From a virus (Duplodnaviria; Caudoviricetes): a DNA stretch of 37,727 nt. The DNA lies in IMG/VR virus record IMGVR_UViG_3300043473_000002, positions 1 to 37,727 of that record. One strand, written 5' to 3'. Made by a program: the position numbers and the translations under genes. The notes beneath the pieces are model-generated. The model was not told where the DNA came from. It was given only the letters and a program-made list of their open reading frames with translations, and did not search any database. Numbering within the stretch: the first letter of the stretch is position 1; every line of letters starts with the position of its first letter. Below are positions 18,444 through 27,800 of this stretch, piece after piece.

Positions 18444-18614
18444 ATGTCTATAGGTCTATTGTTCTGGGTACTCATGATCTTATGGTTCTTCTCATGGATC
18501 GGCACACGTTGGGGTGGTCTGACTGGTCCCTACCTCTACGCGAGTGAGTTGCTGTTCTTCATCCTACTGTTCCTGTTGGGATGGAAGACATTTGGATTTG
18601 TTATACACGCATGA
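18444..18614 (+). CDS. Small two-TM protein (56 aa), holin candidate, not in ORF track
   Basis: MSIGLLFWVLMILWFFSWIGTRWGGLTGPYLYASELLFFILLFLLGWKTFGFVIHA. GAGG RBS, ATGA-coupled to the GNAT. Confidence 0.75.
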   Translation: MSIGLLFWVLMILWFFSWIGTRWGGLTGPYLYASELLFFILLFLLGWKTFGFVIHA

Positions 18615-19150
18615 AGATCACTGTACGACAAGTTGAAACACCACGCGATGCTAATGACATCGAGGACGTTGCTACACATTGCAACAACGAACACGGCTGC
18701 GGTCGTGCCTTCGATGCGCGTGAGATTGGTAAGCATGTGTTCGTATGTGTGATGGATAAGAAACGAAAGTACATCAATGGTTGGGTAGCATACGACATTG
18801 ACAACGTACCTGTAGGCTACATGGTTGCTACCATGCGGCAGAGCATGTTCAGTACACGCAACTATGCCATACAAGAGATGTGGTATGTATTGCCTCATGC
18901 ACGTAACTCGCTCGCTGGGTTGATGCTACTACATGCATTCGAGAGGTGGGCAATAGAGCGTGATGCTGAGCGTATCTACATGCAAGTCGAGCATGACAAC
19001 GACCACGTACTAACTGATCGTATACTTAAGCTGATGACTGGAATGGGCTACAAGAAGCAAGGCTACATCTGTGTAAAGGTCTTAACAGAGGACACTAACG
19101 ATGATCGCTCCACACATCGCAGCGTGGGCGCTGAACAAGCGCAAGTCTAA
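18611..19150 (+). CDS. GNAT-family acyltransferase
   Basis: Start revised to ATG 18611. PVGYMVA, WYVLPHARNSLAGLMLL (acyl-CoA motif A) and MGYKKQG. Confidence 0.85.
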   Translation: MKITVRQVETPRDANDIEDVATHCNNEHGCGRAFDAREIGKHVFVCVMDKKRKYINGWVAYDIDNVPVGYMVATMRQSMFSTRNYAIQEMWYVLPHARNSLAGLMLLHAFERWAIERDAERIYMQVEHDNDHVLTDRILKLMTGMGYKKQGYICVKVLTEDTNDDRSTHRSVGAEQAQV

Positions 19151-20213
19151 CACTGATGTGGCGGCGGTTGTTGCCACTCATGTGTCTAACATCAATGACA
19201 AGCCTAAGAAGGCTAAGCACAAGCCTGATGAGGTTGTATTAGAGACAAAGGGTGGTGGTGGTTATCAGCCTCCTCCACAGCCTACAGCACAAGAGCAAGC
19301 TGAAGCTCGCAACTGGGAGGCACAGCAGCAAGCTGATCGTGATCAAGCTGCACAGGATCGGCTTGATAAGGCTGCTGCTGATAAGAAGACGATTGATGAC
19401 CAAGCGTGGAAGTCTAGTAAGGACACTGCGTATAACAGTGCACTGTCTAGTGGTGTTGCAAGGTTGAAGGGACTAGGCATTGAGGCGAATGACCCATACG
19501 GTGCATACGCTGATTTCACTGGTCGCATCAATCAAGCCAATGCGAACTTGCAGCAGGGTGCAGACTACTCGACTGCATTCAATCCTACTATCGTTGACGA
19601 GATACTAGGCACTGCACGTAGCGGACAGCGCAACAAGTATAAGACCTCGTTCAACTCTGCGCTCCCACAATATTACGGTGAAGATACATTCGGTGATACG
19701 TCAGATGACGCAATCTTGGCTAGCATCCTCGACACTCAGTACGGTGATGCACTCACTGATCTGAACGCTGCACGTGATCGCGGTCAGGCTACCAGCAGCG
19801 TCTACGACCGTGCACTGCGTGAGCTAGGCACTGCCAAGTCTACTGCTAACACTGAGTTGCAGAACACTGGTCGCGGTGTACGTGAGAAGATCATCGGTGA
19901 CATTGGTACACGTCGTACTGGTGCACTTGATAGCGCGGCTAACTGGGACTTCGGCTCTACCTATGATCCAACTGGTGAGGCTAACCGTATCAAGTCCTAC
20001 GGCAGCGACAGGTTGAGTGGTCTTGAAGGTGAACTGCGTGGTGCAGTAGGTGGCAAGGAGTTCTTCGATGTCAACTCGTTACTTGGCAAGGCCAATGCAC
20101 GTGTAGGCAATCAGACTACTGGCACCAGTGGCACGAATGCGTTGTTTGACACCTTCGCCAATGAGGCTACACGCAACAATGAGAACGTGCGGGCGAATGA
20201 AGGCACCTTCTAG
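19101..20213 (+). CDS. Internal virion / ejection protein 1
   Basis: GAGGA RBS. Helical A/Q/N-rich sequence with KGGGG at about residue 50, follows the GNAT as in podoviral core operons. Confidence 0.65.
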   Translation: MIAPHIAAWALNKRKSNTDVAAVVATHVSNINDKPKKAKHKPDEVVLETKGGGGYQPPPQPTAQEQAEARNWEAQQQADRDQAAQDRLDKAAADKKTIDDQAWKSSKDTAYNSALSSGVARLKGLGIEANDPYGAYADFTGRINQANANLQQGADYSTAFNPTIVDEILGTARSGQRNKYKTSFNSALPQYYGEDTFGDTSDDAILASILDTQYGDALTDLNAARDRGQATSSVYDRALRELGTAKSTANTELQNTGRGVREKIIGDIGTRRTGALDSAANWDFGSTYDPTGEANRIKSYGSDRLSGLEGELRGAVGGKEFFDVNSLLGKANARVGNQTTGTSGTNALFDTFANEATRNNENVRANEGTF

Positions 20214-20246
20214 TTCACTTACACACTGTATAAGGGGTAATCTGCA

Positions 20247-21281
20247 ATGATGGACATGGGTATCGGCGCTTTTGCTGGTGCAGGTGCATCCATTGCGGGT
20301 GCATTGATCAACGCAGAGGAGCAAGAAGAAAATCGCCAGATGAACTGGGCGATTGCTATCATGAACTATCAGCAGCGCGAGCGTGAGCGCACTGAACAGA
20401 TAGCAATGGCTAACAAGCTGCGGTATGAGCAACAGTTAGGCTCTACTGATATACGTGGTACGAGGACTAAGTTCATACCCGGTCGTGGCTGGGTGACTAC
20501 TGGTGCACCTGAAGTACTTGCGATGATGAAGGCGCAAGATCAGGAGCAGATGCGGTCTATCAATGATCTGCAACAGCGTCGCACTGATATACAGCGTAAT
20601 AGGCAACGTAGCTACGCTGACGAGAACACCGCGGACTCGTTGAAGCGGATGTTTACTAATCAACTAGCGCAAGGTGCTGGTAGTGATGAGGCGTATGCTA
20701 ATGATCTACTGCAAGCCCAGAACATTGGACTAGGTGAAGCTAACCGTATAGCTGCCGGTCGTGCATATACACAAGCATTCCGCACTGGCAACAATAGCAA
20801 CGTGCCTAAGATCGCTGGTGAATTGGCTAAGGTCAACAATGCGGCGTATGCGGAAGCTGCACTCAAGTCTAAGCTCATGTCACGTGGTGTAGCTGCTAAG
20901 GAGCGTCAGGATAAGCTCGGTGGTCTAGCTAATCTCTACAACATGTTCGCTACACGTGCAGGTGTGTTGCCTGATGTCAGCTACAAGCCACAGGCGATTG
21001 ACACCGCTGGTACTATGGCGCAGTCGATGCAAGGTGCACTCTCCGCTGGTAGCCTAGCTGCACAGTCGTATGGCAAGAAGGGTGGCGAGCTTGATTACAT
21101 GTCACCTAACTTCGGCGTCGGCAACGCTATAGCTGGTGGCGGTGCCGCACTTGGGAGCGCATTCAATGCGATGGGTGCCAAGAACGCATATGACAACCGT
21201 AGCAGTGTCAGTGGTGTTGGCAGTGGTGGGTATAGCGGCACTAGCGACATGTATACACGTGATGAACGCGATAATGATTAG
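20247..21281 (+). CDS. Internal virion / ejection protein 2
   Basis: Gly/Ala hydrophobic termini (GIGAFAGAGASIAGALI; GVGNAIAGGGAALG) flanking a Q/R/A coiled coil. Confidence 0.7.
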   Translation: MMDMGIGAFAGAGASIAGALINAEEQEENRQMNWAIAIMNYQQRERERTEQIAMANKLRYEQQLGSTDIRGTRTKFIPGRGWVTTGAPEVLAMMKAQDQEQMRSINDLQQRRTDIQRNRQRSYADENTADSLKRMFTNQLAQGAGSDEAYANDLLQAQNIGLGEANRIAAGRAYTQAFRTGNNSNVPKIAGELAKVNNAAYAEAALKSKLMSRGVAAKERQDKLGGLANLYNMFATRAGVLPDVSYKPQAIDTAGTMAQSMQGALSAGSLAAQSYGKKGGELDYMSPNFGVGNAIAGGGAALGSAFNAMGAKNAYDNRSSVSGVGSGGYSGTSDMYTRDERDND

Positions 21282-21289
21282 GTAAACAC

Positions 21290-24200
21290 ATGGCGAAGAT
21301 GATCCCCGGTGGTGCACCTGATCAGAGTGCATTCTTCTTATCACGTCAAGCTGCGGCGAGTGAAGCACTCGTTCGGCTGTATGTATCGTTGCTTGCCAAG
21401 TACAATGAGAATAGAGAAGGTGAAGACTTCAAGCGTGAGATGTTTGATCGTGGTGCTGAGCTACAGAATGAGATGCTTGATAAGCGTCTAGCATATGGTG
21501 GTCAGCAACCTGATCCTACCGGACCTGATGGCAATCGTGTCAGGTTAGGTGCTGAAGCTGACGCTAGAGATGAGCCACCACCTGAAGCACCACCTCCTGC
21601 ACCAGCGCGTCAACCGCAGCCCAGCAGCGCACCATTAGGTACTACACCTATACTGCCTAGTGGTAAGCTGTCAGAGGTACAAGGTACGAGTGGTGCAACT
21701 GACTTCTCATCACGCAACGTGAGTGATGAAGCTCACGATGCATATGCACAGGCACCACCTACTGCTACTAAAGGCATTAGACCTAATGTACGCACTGAGC
21801 GTCCTACTAGTGCACTACCAGGGCCAGGTACAGGTAAGAAGTCGCGTCATGCTGGCTTCGTTGAAGGACTTGATCCTAAGATCATTGATCACTTCGAGCA
21901 GACAGAGGCTAAGTATGGCCTACCGCGTCACACGTTGATGACGCTATTCGGCCTTGAGAATGATGGTGGTCGCAATGCACAGCGTGAGGGGCGTGTTGAA
22001 GGCTGGTTCAAGTTCACTGATGATCTAGCTAAAGAACATGGCCTCAATCCACGTGATCGACAAGACATCTACAAGATGGCTGATGTCACTGCACAGAACT
22101 TAATACGTAACAACATGGAGTTGAAGCGTATCAACAAGGGTCAAGGCTTGTCTAGTGACCCTGCTGACATACCACGTTGGGGCATACTGCATCAGTTCGG
22201 TCATACCAATGGACCGTTGTTTCTAGTTGCACATCAGCTCAATCCTAACATGCCAGCTACGGCTGCGATGAGGCAGAACAAAGACCCCAACGTCAACTAT
22301 AAGACGCTGGTGAACAACAACCTTGATCCTACTGCATCAGTTGATGCACTGGTCAAGCGTCAAGCTGGCTACTACGTGCCGTGGACTAATGAAGCGTTCA
22401 AGCTAGCAGGGGATAGGCCGATAGCTACTCGTCCTACTGCAACGACGAAGACAGGTGTGCCATCTACCACTGTCGAGCAGAACGTCAACGAGGCTAATAC
22501 ACCACCGCTGATGCAACGTGCACCTGTCAAGCCTAAGCCGCAATCAGCTATACCGGGTGGTGATGCATATGCACAAGCACAAGGGGGCGAAGCAGGTAGC
22601 GAAGTCCCTTTTGGGCAGACGAAGGCACAGGCGACACCAGCCTCGGCAAGTTCACCTTCAGCGCAACCTAGGCTGCTACACAATGCACGTGCACTGTATG
22701 GCGTCAACAGGCGCATAGTTGATGCTGTGCGTGGTGGTGCTGAGTTGACGCTGCCAGAGGGCTACACTATACACGCTACATCAGGCAAGAGGAATAGGCG
22801 TGATGGCAGCTACCACAACAGAGGTCAAGCTGCTGACTTCCAGATCGTCAAGCCTGATGGCACACGTATACCTAACCAAGGCGAGGATACTACTGGTCTA
22901 TACACACTACTAGCACGTGGTGTGAAGACATGGGTACGAGAGAACGACCCAGAGGCTGAGCGTCATATAGGCTATGGTGGTGCACATGGTACTAAGATAG
23001 GTGGTGGTGGTGTACCTGACCTGATGCACTATGACTGGGGTGGTAGTCGTGGTCGTATGCGACCTGAGGTGCAGTTCGCTAGGTTGCAAGTACTAACACC
23101 ACAAGAGCGCAGCAAGCGCAGTGCACCTACACAGCAACCAGTTCGTGTTGCTGGTCCTGTGCCTGCACCTGTAGCTAAGGAGAAGCCGAAGCTGCCTCCG
23201 GGTGTAGTACGTCCTGAGTATAACAAGTATGAGCCTGACAAGCTGCCGCATACACCAGCGGAGAGCTATCCACCACCGGGACAGTTCCCACCTACACACT
23301 TCGGCGCGCAGCCTGCTAGCACTGCGACGATGGATGTGTTCGGCAACTTCAGAGATACGGCTGCAATGAAGATGCGTGAGGGCTACGTACCTCCCGCGCA
23401 GCCAGCAGTTCTCGCTCGCAGTGGTCAGCCTGAGTTTGAAGTACCTATGCCGCCGTCTAGACCTGACACAGAGAGCGGTGATCTTGAGTACGGCTCACCA
23501 GCTACACGTATACCACCCGATCCTAACTTCGCGGATAGTGCGGACAGCACGTTGTTAGGTGTACTACCACGCCCTAACACACAGCGTCCTATTCAAGCTG
23601 ATGCACCATTAGGTGAGGAGCCACCACAGGCACCAGAGCAGTCAGCAGTTGATAAGCAACTCGATATGCAATATGAGGAGCCTCCTGCACGTACACCGCT
23701 TGATGTACCGAAGGACATGGCACCTGATGAAGCGCAGAATGTGCCTATTGATGATGGGCTGAATGCGCTTGATGTACCTATGCCACGTATGGACCCACGT
23801 AAGGTGGTGCCTGATGTACCTGACATAGCATATCAAGACGCAGCATCAGCTAATGCTGCTCCCGGCGGTCCTCCCGCAGAGGACATGTTGTCTAGTCCAC
23901 CTGTACCACTACCACTACCCAAGCCACCAGCACCTCGTCGTCTGCCGTGGCAAGCAATCAAGGAGGATGTGCCTCCTACACTACAGAGCATCAAGGATGC
24001 CATCTTCGGTACACCTAAAGCTATAAGTGACGCTGGTAGTCATATCGCTGGTAACGCTGCACAGCTAAAGAAGGATGTAGGTAGTGTCGCTGGTAGTGTA
24101 TCTGATGCTGCGAGTAGTGCTGCTGCTACTGCTGGCGATGTTGCTGGCGTTGTAGGTGAGCAGGCTGGCAGATACAACACGATGGTTGATAGTCGCCAAG

Positions 24201-24892
24201 AGGAGCTTGAGCGGCTTGGTGCATTCATTAAGGAGAACTACGGCAAGTACCGTGATGCTGTTCAACAGAACGTGCCTACGATTGATGCTGCACGTAAGCC
24301 GTCGCTTATGCCACAAGAGCCTGACGCAAGGTACAAAGGTGCACTACCACCACAGCCTAACGCTGTAGAGGATGAGGATGCACCACCTGTATCTGCTGAA
24401 GAGCTGAAGAAGCGTCTAAGTGGTGCTATCTTCAAGGAGGGTGGTAGTAGCTATAAGCCTGAGCCTCCTGACTACAAGGCTAGCTACGACAAGATCAGGG
24501 CATGGATTGCACAGAAGATGACACCATCTCCCGCGCAACCAGCACAACCACCTACAGCACCTAAGCCACCAGCTAAAGCTGCACCACCAGCCAACCCGAA
24601 TGTGTTCGTACCACCCAAGATGATGAAGGATGGTGTCACTCCGTGGCTACCTAACAGCAAGCCACATCACATACCACCAGCTAAGAAGACTGGTGAGAAC
24701 CTGCTTGACATTACTGGTCAACCAGCAGCGCAGCCGGGTAGTACACCTACTAACATACCCCCTGCGCCGGGTAAGAAGACAATGCCTAATGCTGAAGTAG
24801 GCTACACCATTGGTCCTGACGGTAGGTTCACACCTGTACTACAGCCGGGACAAGCACCTGTTGAAGAAATACAACCTGCTGAGACTGAGTGA
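21290..24892 (+). CDS. Internal virion protein with lysozyme/SLT-like and M15 peptidase-like domains
   Basis: EAKYGLPRHTLMTLFGLENDGG..GWFKF (SLT-like) and SGKR..SYHNRGQAADF..LMHYD (M15 Zn motif), with long Pro-rich linkers. Confidence 0.75.
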   Translation: MAKMIPGGAPDQSAFFLSRQAAASEALVRLYVSLLAKYNENREGEDFKREMFDRGAELQNEMLDKRLAYGGQQPDPTGPDGNRVRLGAEADARDEPPPEAPPPAPARQPQPSSAPLGTTPILPSGKLSEVQGTSGATDFSSRNVSDEAHDAYAQAPPTATKGIRPNVRTERPTSALPGPGTGKKSRHAGFVEGLDPKIIDHFEQTEAKYGLPRHTLMTLFGLENDGGRNAQREGRVEGWFKFTDDLAKEHGLNPRDRQDIYKMADVTAQNLIRNNMELKRINKGQGLSSDPADIPRWGILHQFGHTNGPLFLVAHQLNPNMPATAAMRQNKDPNVNYKTLVNNNLDPTASVDALVKRQAGYYVPWTNEAFKLAGDRPIATRPTATTKTGVPSTTVEQNVNEANTPPLMQRAPVKPKPQSAIPGGDAYAQAQGGEAGSEVPFGQTKAQATPASASSPSAQPRLLHNARALYGVNRRIVDAVRGGAELTLPEGYTIHATSGKRNRRDGSYHNRGQAADFQIVKPDGTRIPNQGEDTTGLYTLLARGVKTWVRENDPEAERHIGYGGAHGTKIGGGGVPDLMHYDWGGSRGRMRPEVQFARLQVLTPQERSKRSAPTQQPVRVAGPVPAPVAKEKPKLPPGVVRPEYNKYEPDKLPHTPAESYPPPGQFPPTHFGAQPASTATMDVFGNFRDTAAMKMREGYVPPAQPAVLARSGQPEFEVPMPPSRPDTESGDLEYGSPATRIPPDPNFADSADSTLLGVLPRPNTQRPIQADAPLGEEPPQAPEQSAVDKQLDMQYEEPPARTPLDVPKDMAPDEAQNVPIDDGLNALDVPMPRMDPRKVVPDVPDIAYQDAASANAAPGGPPAEDMLSSPPVPLPLPKPPAPRRLPWQAIKEDVPPTLQSIKDAIFGTPKAISDAGSHIAGNAAQLKKDVGSVAGSVSDAASSAAATAGDVAGVVGEQAGRYNTMVDSRQEELERLGAFIKENYGKYRDAVQQNVPTIDAARKPSLMPQEPDARYKGALPPQPNAVEDEDAPPVSAEELKKRLSGAIFKEGGSSYKPEPPDYKASYDKIRAWIAQKMTPSPAQPAQPPTAPKPPAKAAPPANPNVFVPPKMMKDGVTPWLPNSKPHHIPPAKKTGENLLDITGQPAAQPGSTPTNIPPAPGKKTMPNAEVGYTIGPDGRFTPVLQPGQAPVEEIQPAETE

Positions 24893-27800
24893 TGCCTGAC
24901 GCTAATGGCAGCTATTCACGTGAGGAGTTCAAGGAGGCATTCGGCTATGATCCAGTCGAGCGGATGCAACCTGAAGAACGCGGTGGTTGGAAGGACCACA
25001 TACGTAGTGCTGCTGTCGGCGCTCTTAGTGTACCTACTGATTTATACGGTGCAATCGGCTCAATAGGCCCAGCAGCTAGTGCACTCTATAACACGTATGG
25101 CACTGACAAGTCGTTCATGGAGGCGTTCTCTACTAACTTACAACAGGAAGGCGCACAGGGTAGACTGCAACAGCATCTCAACACTATAGCTAACGCATGG
25201 CAACAGGAGAACCCGCAGCTTACACAGGAGGAGATCAACGCTGGTATAGAGGACTATAAGAAGTCTAAGCAGTTCGAGGACTTCGCGGAGTCACAGCTAC
25301 GTCATATGCCGGGTGTAGCTGCTAGTGCTAAGGGTGCTATACGTAGCTTCCTAGGTGATGAGCGTCCTGACAGTCAACGTAGCTGGACTGAGAGTGGAGC
25401 GGAAGCAATAGGTGGTGCGCTTGTTGGTCTGCCTCTAGGTGCACTAAGCGGTGGTGCTACTGCTACAGCTATAGCGGCACGTACTGGCAACACGCTGATC
25501 AACAACCCACTCACACGTGGTGCGCTGAAGACCGCGGAGGTACTGACACCTGCTACTGTACCCTATACGACAGGGAATGTAGTACTCAACGCTGCGGCTG
25601 GTGTAGCCCTTGATCAGGGTATGCGCTACGCGCAGGGTAAGTCTACTGCATTCACACCCACGCCGAATGACAGTGCTGGTGTTGGTACGCTAGTAGCAGG
25701 GGGTGCTGGGTTTGCTGGTATGGCTGCTGTGCTAGCTGCTATGAAGGGCAGGGCGCATCAAGCTGTGCAAGCTTCACAAGTGCCGTCGTCTACACAACAA
25801 GCACTAGGACAGACGACTACACTCAATGCACAGGTAGCTGGACAGCAAACACCTGGCACTGCGTCTATCACATCAGGCTCACCACAGGGGCAAGCTGTCA
25901 CGCCGTCAGTTGATAGCCTCAATCCACTAGTCGCCGCGCAGCGTAGAGCAGTGAATGAGGGCATTGATGAGTCAGCTATACCTGTCGGCGCTGTACGAGA
26001 TATACATGGTGCACGTGTAGCTGATGAAGCTGAGCAGATATACCACGCCAGTGTAGGCTCTGTGCTCAATGATGATATAGCTGCACGTATAGCTGAGATG
26101 ACGCAGCAGTATAACCGTGTCATGACTAGTATGCCCGCCGATCGTGCACGTGCACTAGAGGCTGGTGCTAGTATGACATCGTATGCAGCACGGCATACAC
26201 AGGCACTAGATAGGATACGTGATGAGATAGCTGACTTGCAGCAACAGGTCGCTGGTGGTCGTCTACAGCCACAAGGGTTAGCTGCTACGAACACACGTAT
26301 AGCTGCGTTGCAGGATACCATGACACGTGTAGCTAGGGATGACCCTGATGCACGTATGATGCTGCCACAGACAGAGATGCGTGATGTGTTCAGGACTGCG
26401 AACGGTTACATACGTGACTCGTCACCTGAGGCTATGGCACATAAGGCTGCGCTTAGTAGGTTGAACCAAGCTTGGCGTGACATGGACGTTGCGGCGGGGC
26501 GCATGAACGCTGCTGAAGCTGCCGCTGAGCATCGTGCCAATCCATACTACACACCAGCGTTGCATGATCCACTTGAGGGTGCTGTAGGTGTACAGCGTAT
26601 GTGGCGCGCTGTTGTGAAGACTGTACGCAATAGTGGTAGGAAGGTTGATGCTAGAGGTGATACGTCTGTAGCACGTGAAGGTAGCATTGATCAGCTTGGT
26701 CGTCACATACCTGAGCCTACAGCGGGACCAGAGACACGTATCACGTCGTTGCTACAGAGCCAAGGCTCTATACGTGGCTTCCTACAGAACCACATACGCG
26801 AGGTGGCACACACCACTATGCGTAATGAGTTCATCCGTAGGTACTCGCATATGGATGCAGCGAGGACCATACCTACTGAGTTCTACAACCGTGGTCACAT
26901 GCGTGAGATCACTGGTGCAGGTGGTCAGACATGGTTCTCACGTGCACAGTTGAACTCAGGTGGTATGACAGGTCAGTGGCTACGTGCTAGGTTGAATGAT
27001 CAACACGTAGTACCTGAGTGGCAAGGTGGCTCACTACGCCTGTGGGAGTTCGGTGATAGGCCAATAGCTGCCATGCTACGGCAAGAGCCTGTCGTCCTCG
27101 ATGGCATGATGCGTGGTGTGTATAAGGCTACGCAGTTGTTCAAGCAGTTGACGACAGGCTACGGCAATCCACTGTTCCCACCTGTCGGTGCGATGTACAA
27201 CCAGATCATGCACATGTTCCTCAAGCGCAATGACAGAGCGTTCGGTCCTCTGTCTACTGCGCTACGGCATGTCATGCCAGCAGGGCTAGCTAGACATACA
27301 CTAGGGCGTGTACCTGACCCGACTGCGTTGCTCACTATACCGTGGCACCTAGCACGCAACTTCGCTGACCTGTTCGCTATGCGCTTCACACGTGGTATAG
27401 CTGACACGCTTGCTAACCACAACAGCGTCTTCCAAGTTCTCAGGTATACAATGGGAAGGCGCAACTTTGAGAACATGGTGCGTAGCTCTGCCAGCTTGGC
27501 GACATGGGTGCATGAGCATAGTGTGCTAGGGCAGCTACGTGCTAGAGGCATAGGTCACAACCTTGGTGCTGTTGACAACATCGAGAAGGTGCGTGGTGTC
27601 TATGGCACTATCAGTGATACGATGCCTAAGCCACTCAAGTCGGCGTGGTCGTTCTATAAAGACCTAGCTGACATGATCTACCTTACACCGCAGAGGATGT
27701 TCTACACTGAGAACATGGGTCTGCTACGTCATACGTATGGACGCAATATACCACAGGCAGAGCTTGATAGGTTGATCAGTGAGACACGCTTCCTAGGTGG

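Noticed and set aside
20223-20240. LexA/SOS box suggested by CTGTATA half-sites
   Set aside because: The copies checked (20226, 33561, 34873) do not complete the CTGT-N8-ACAG dyad.
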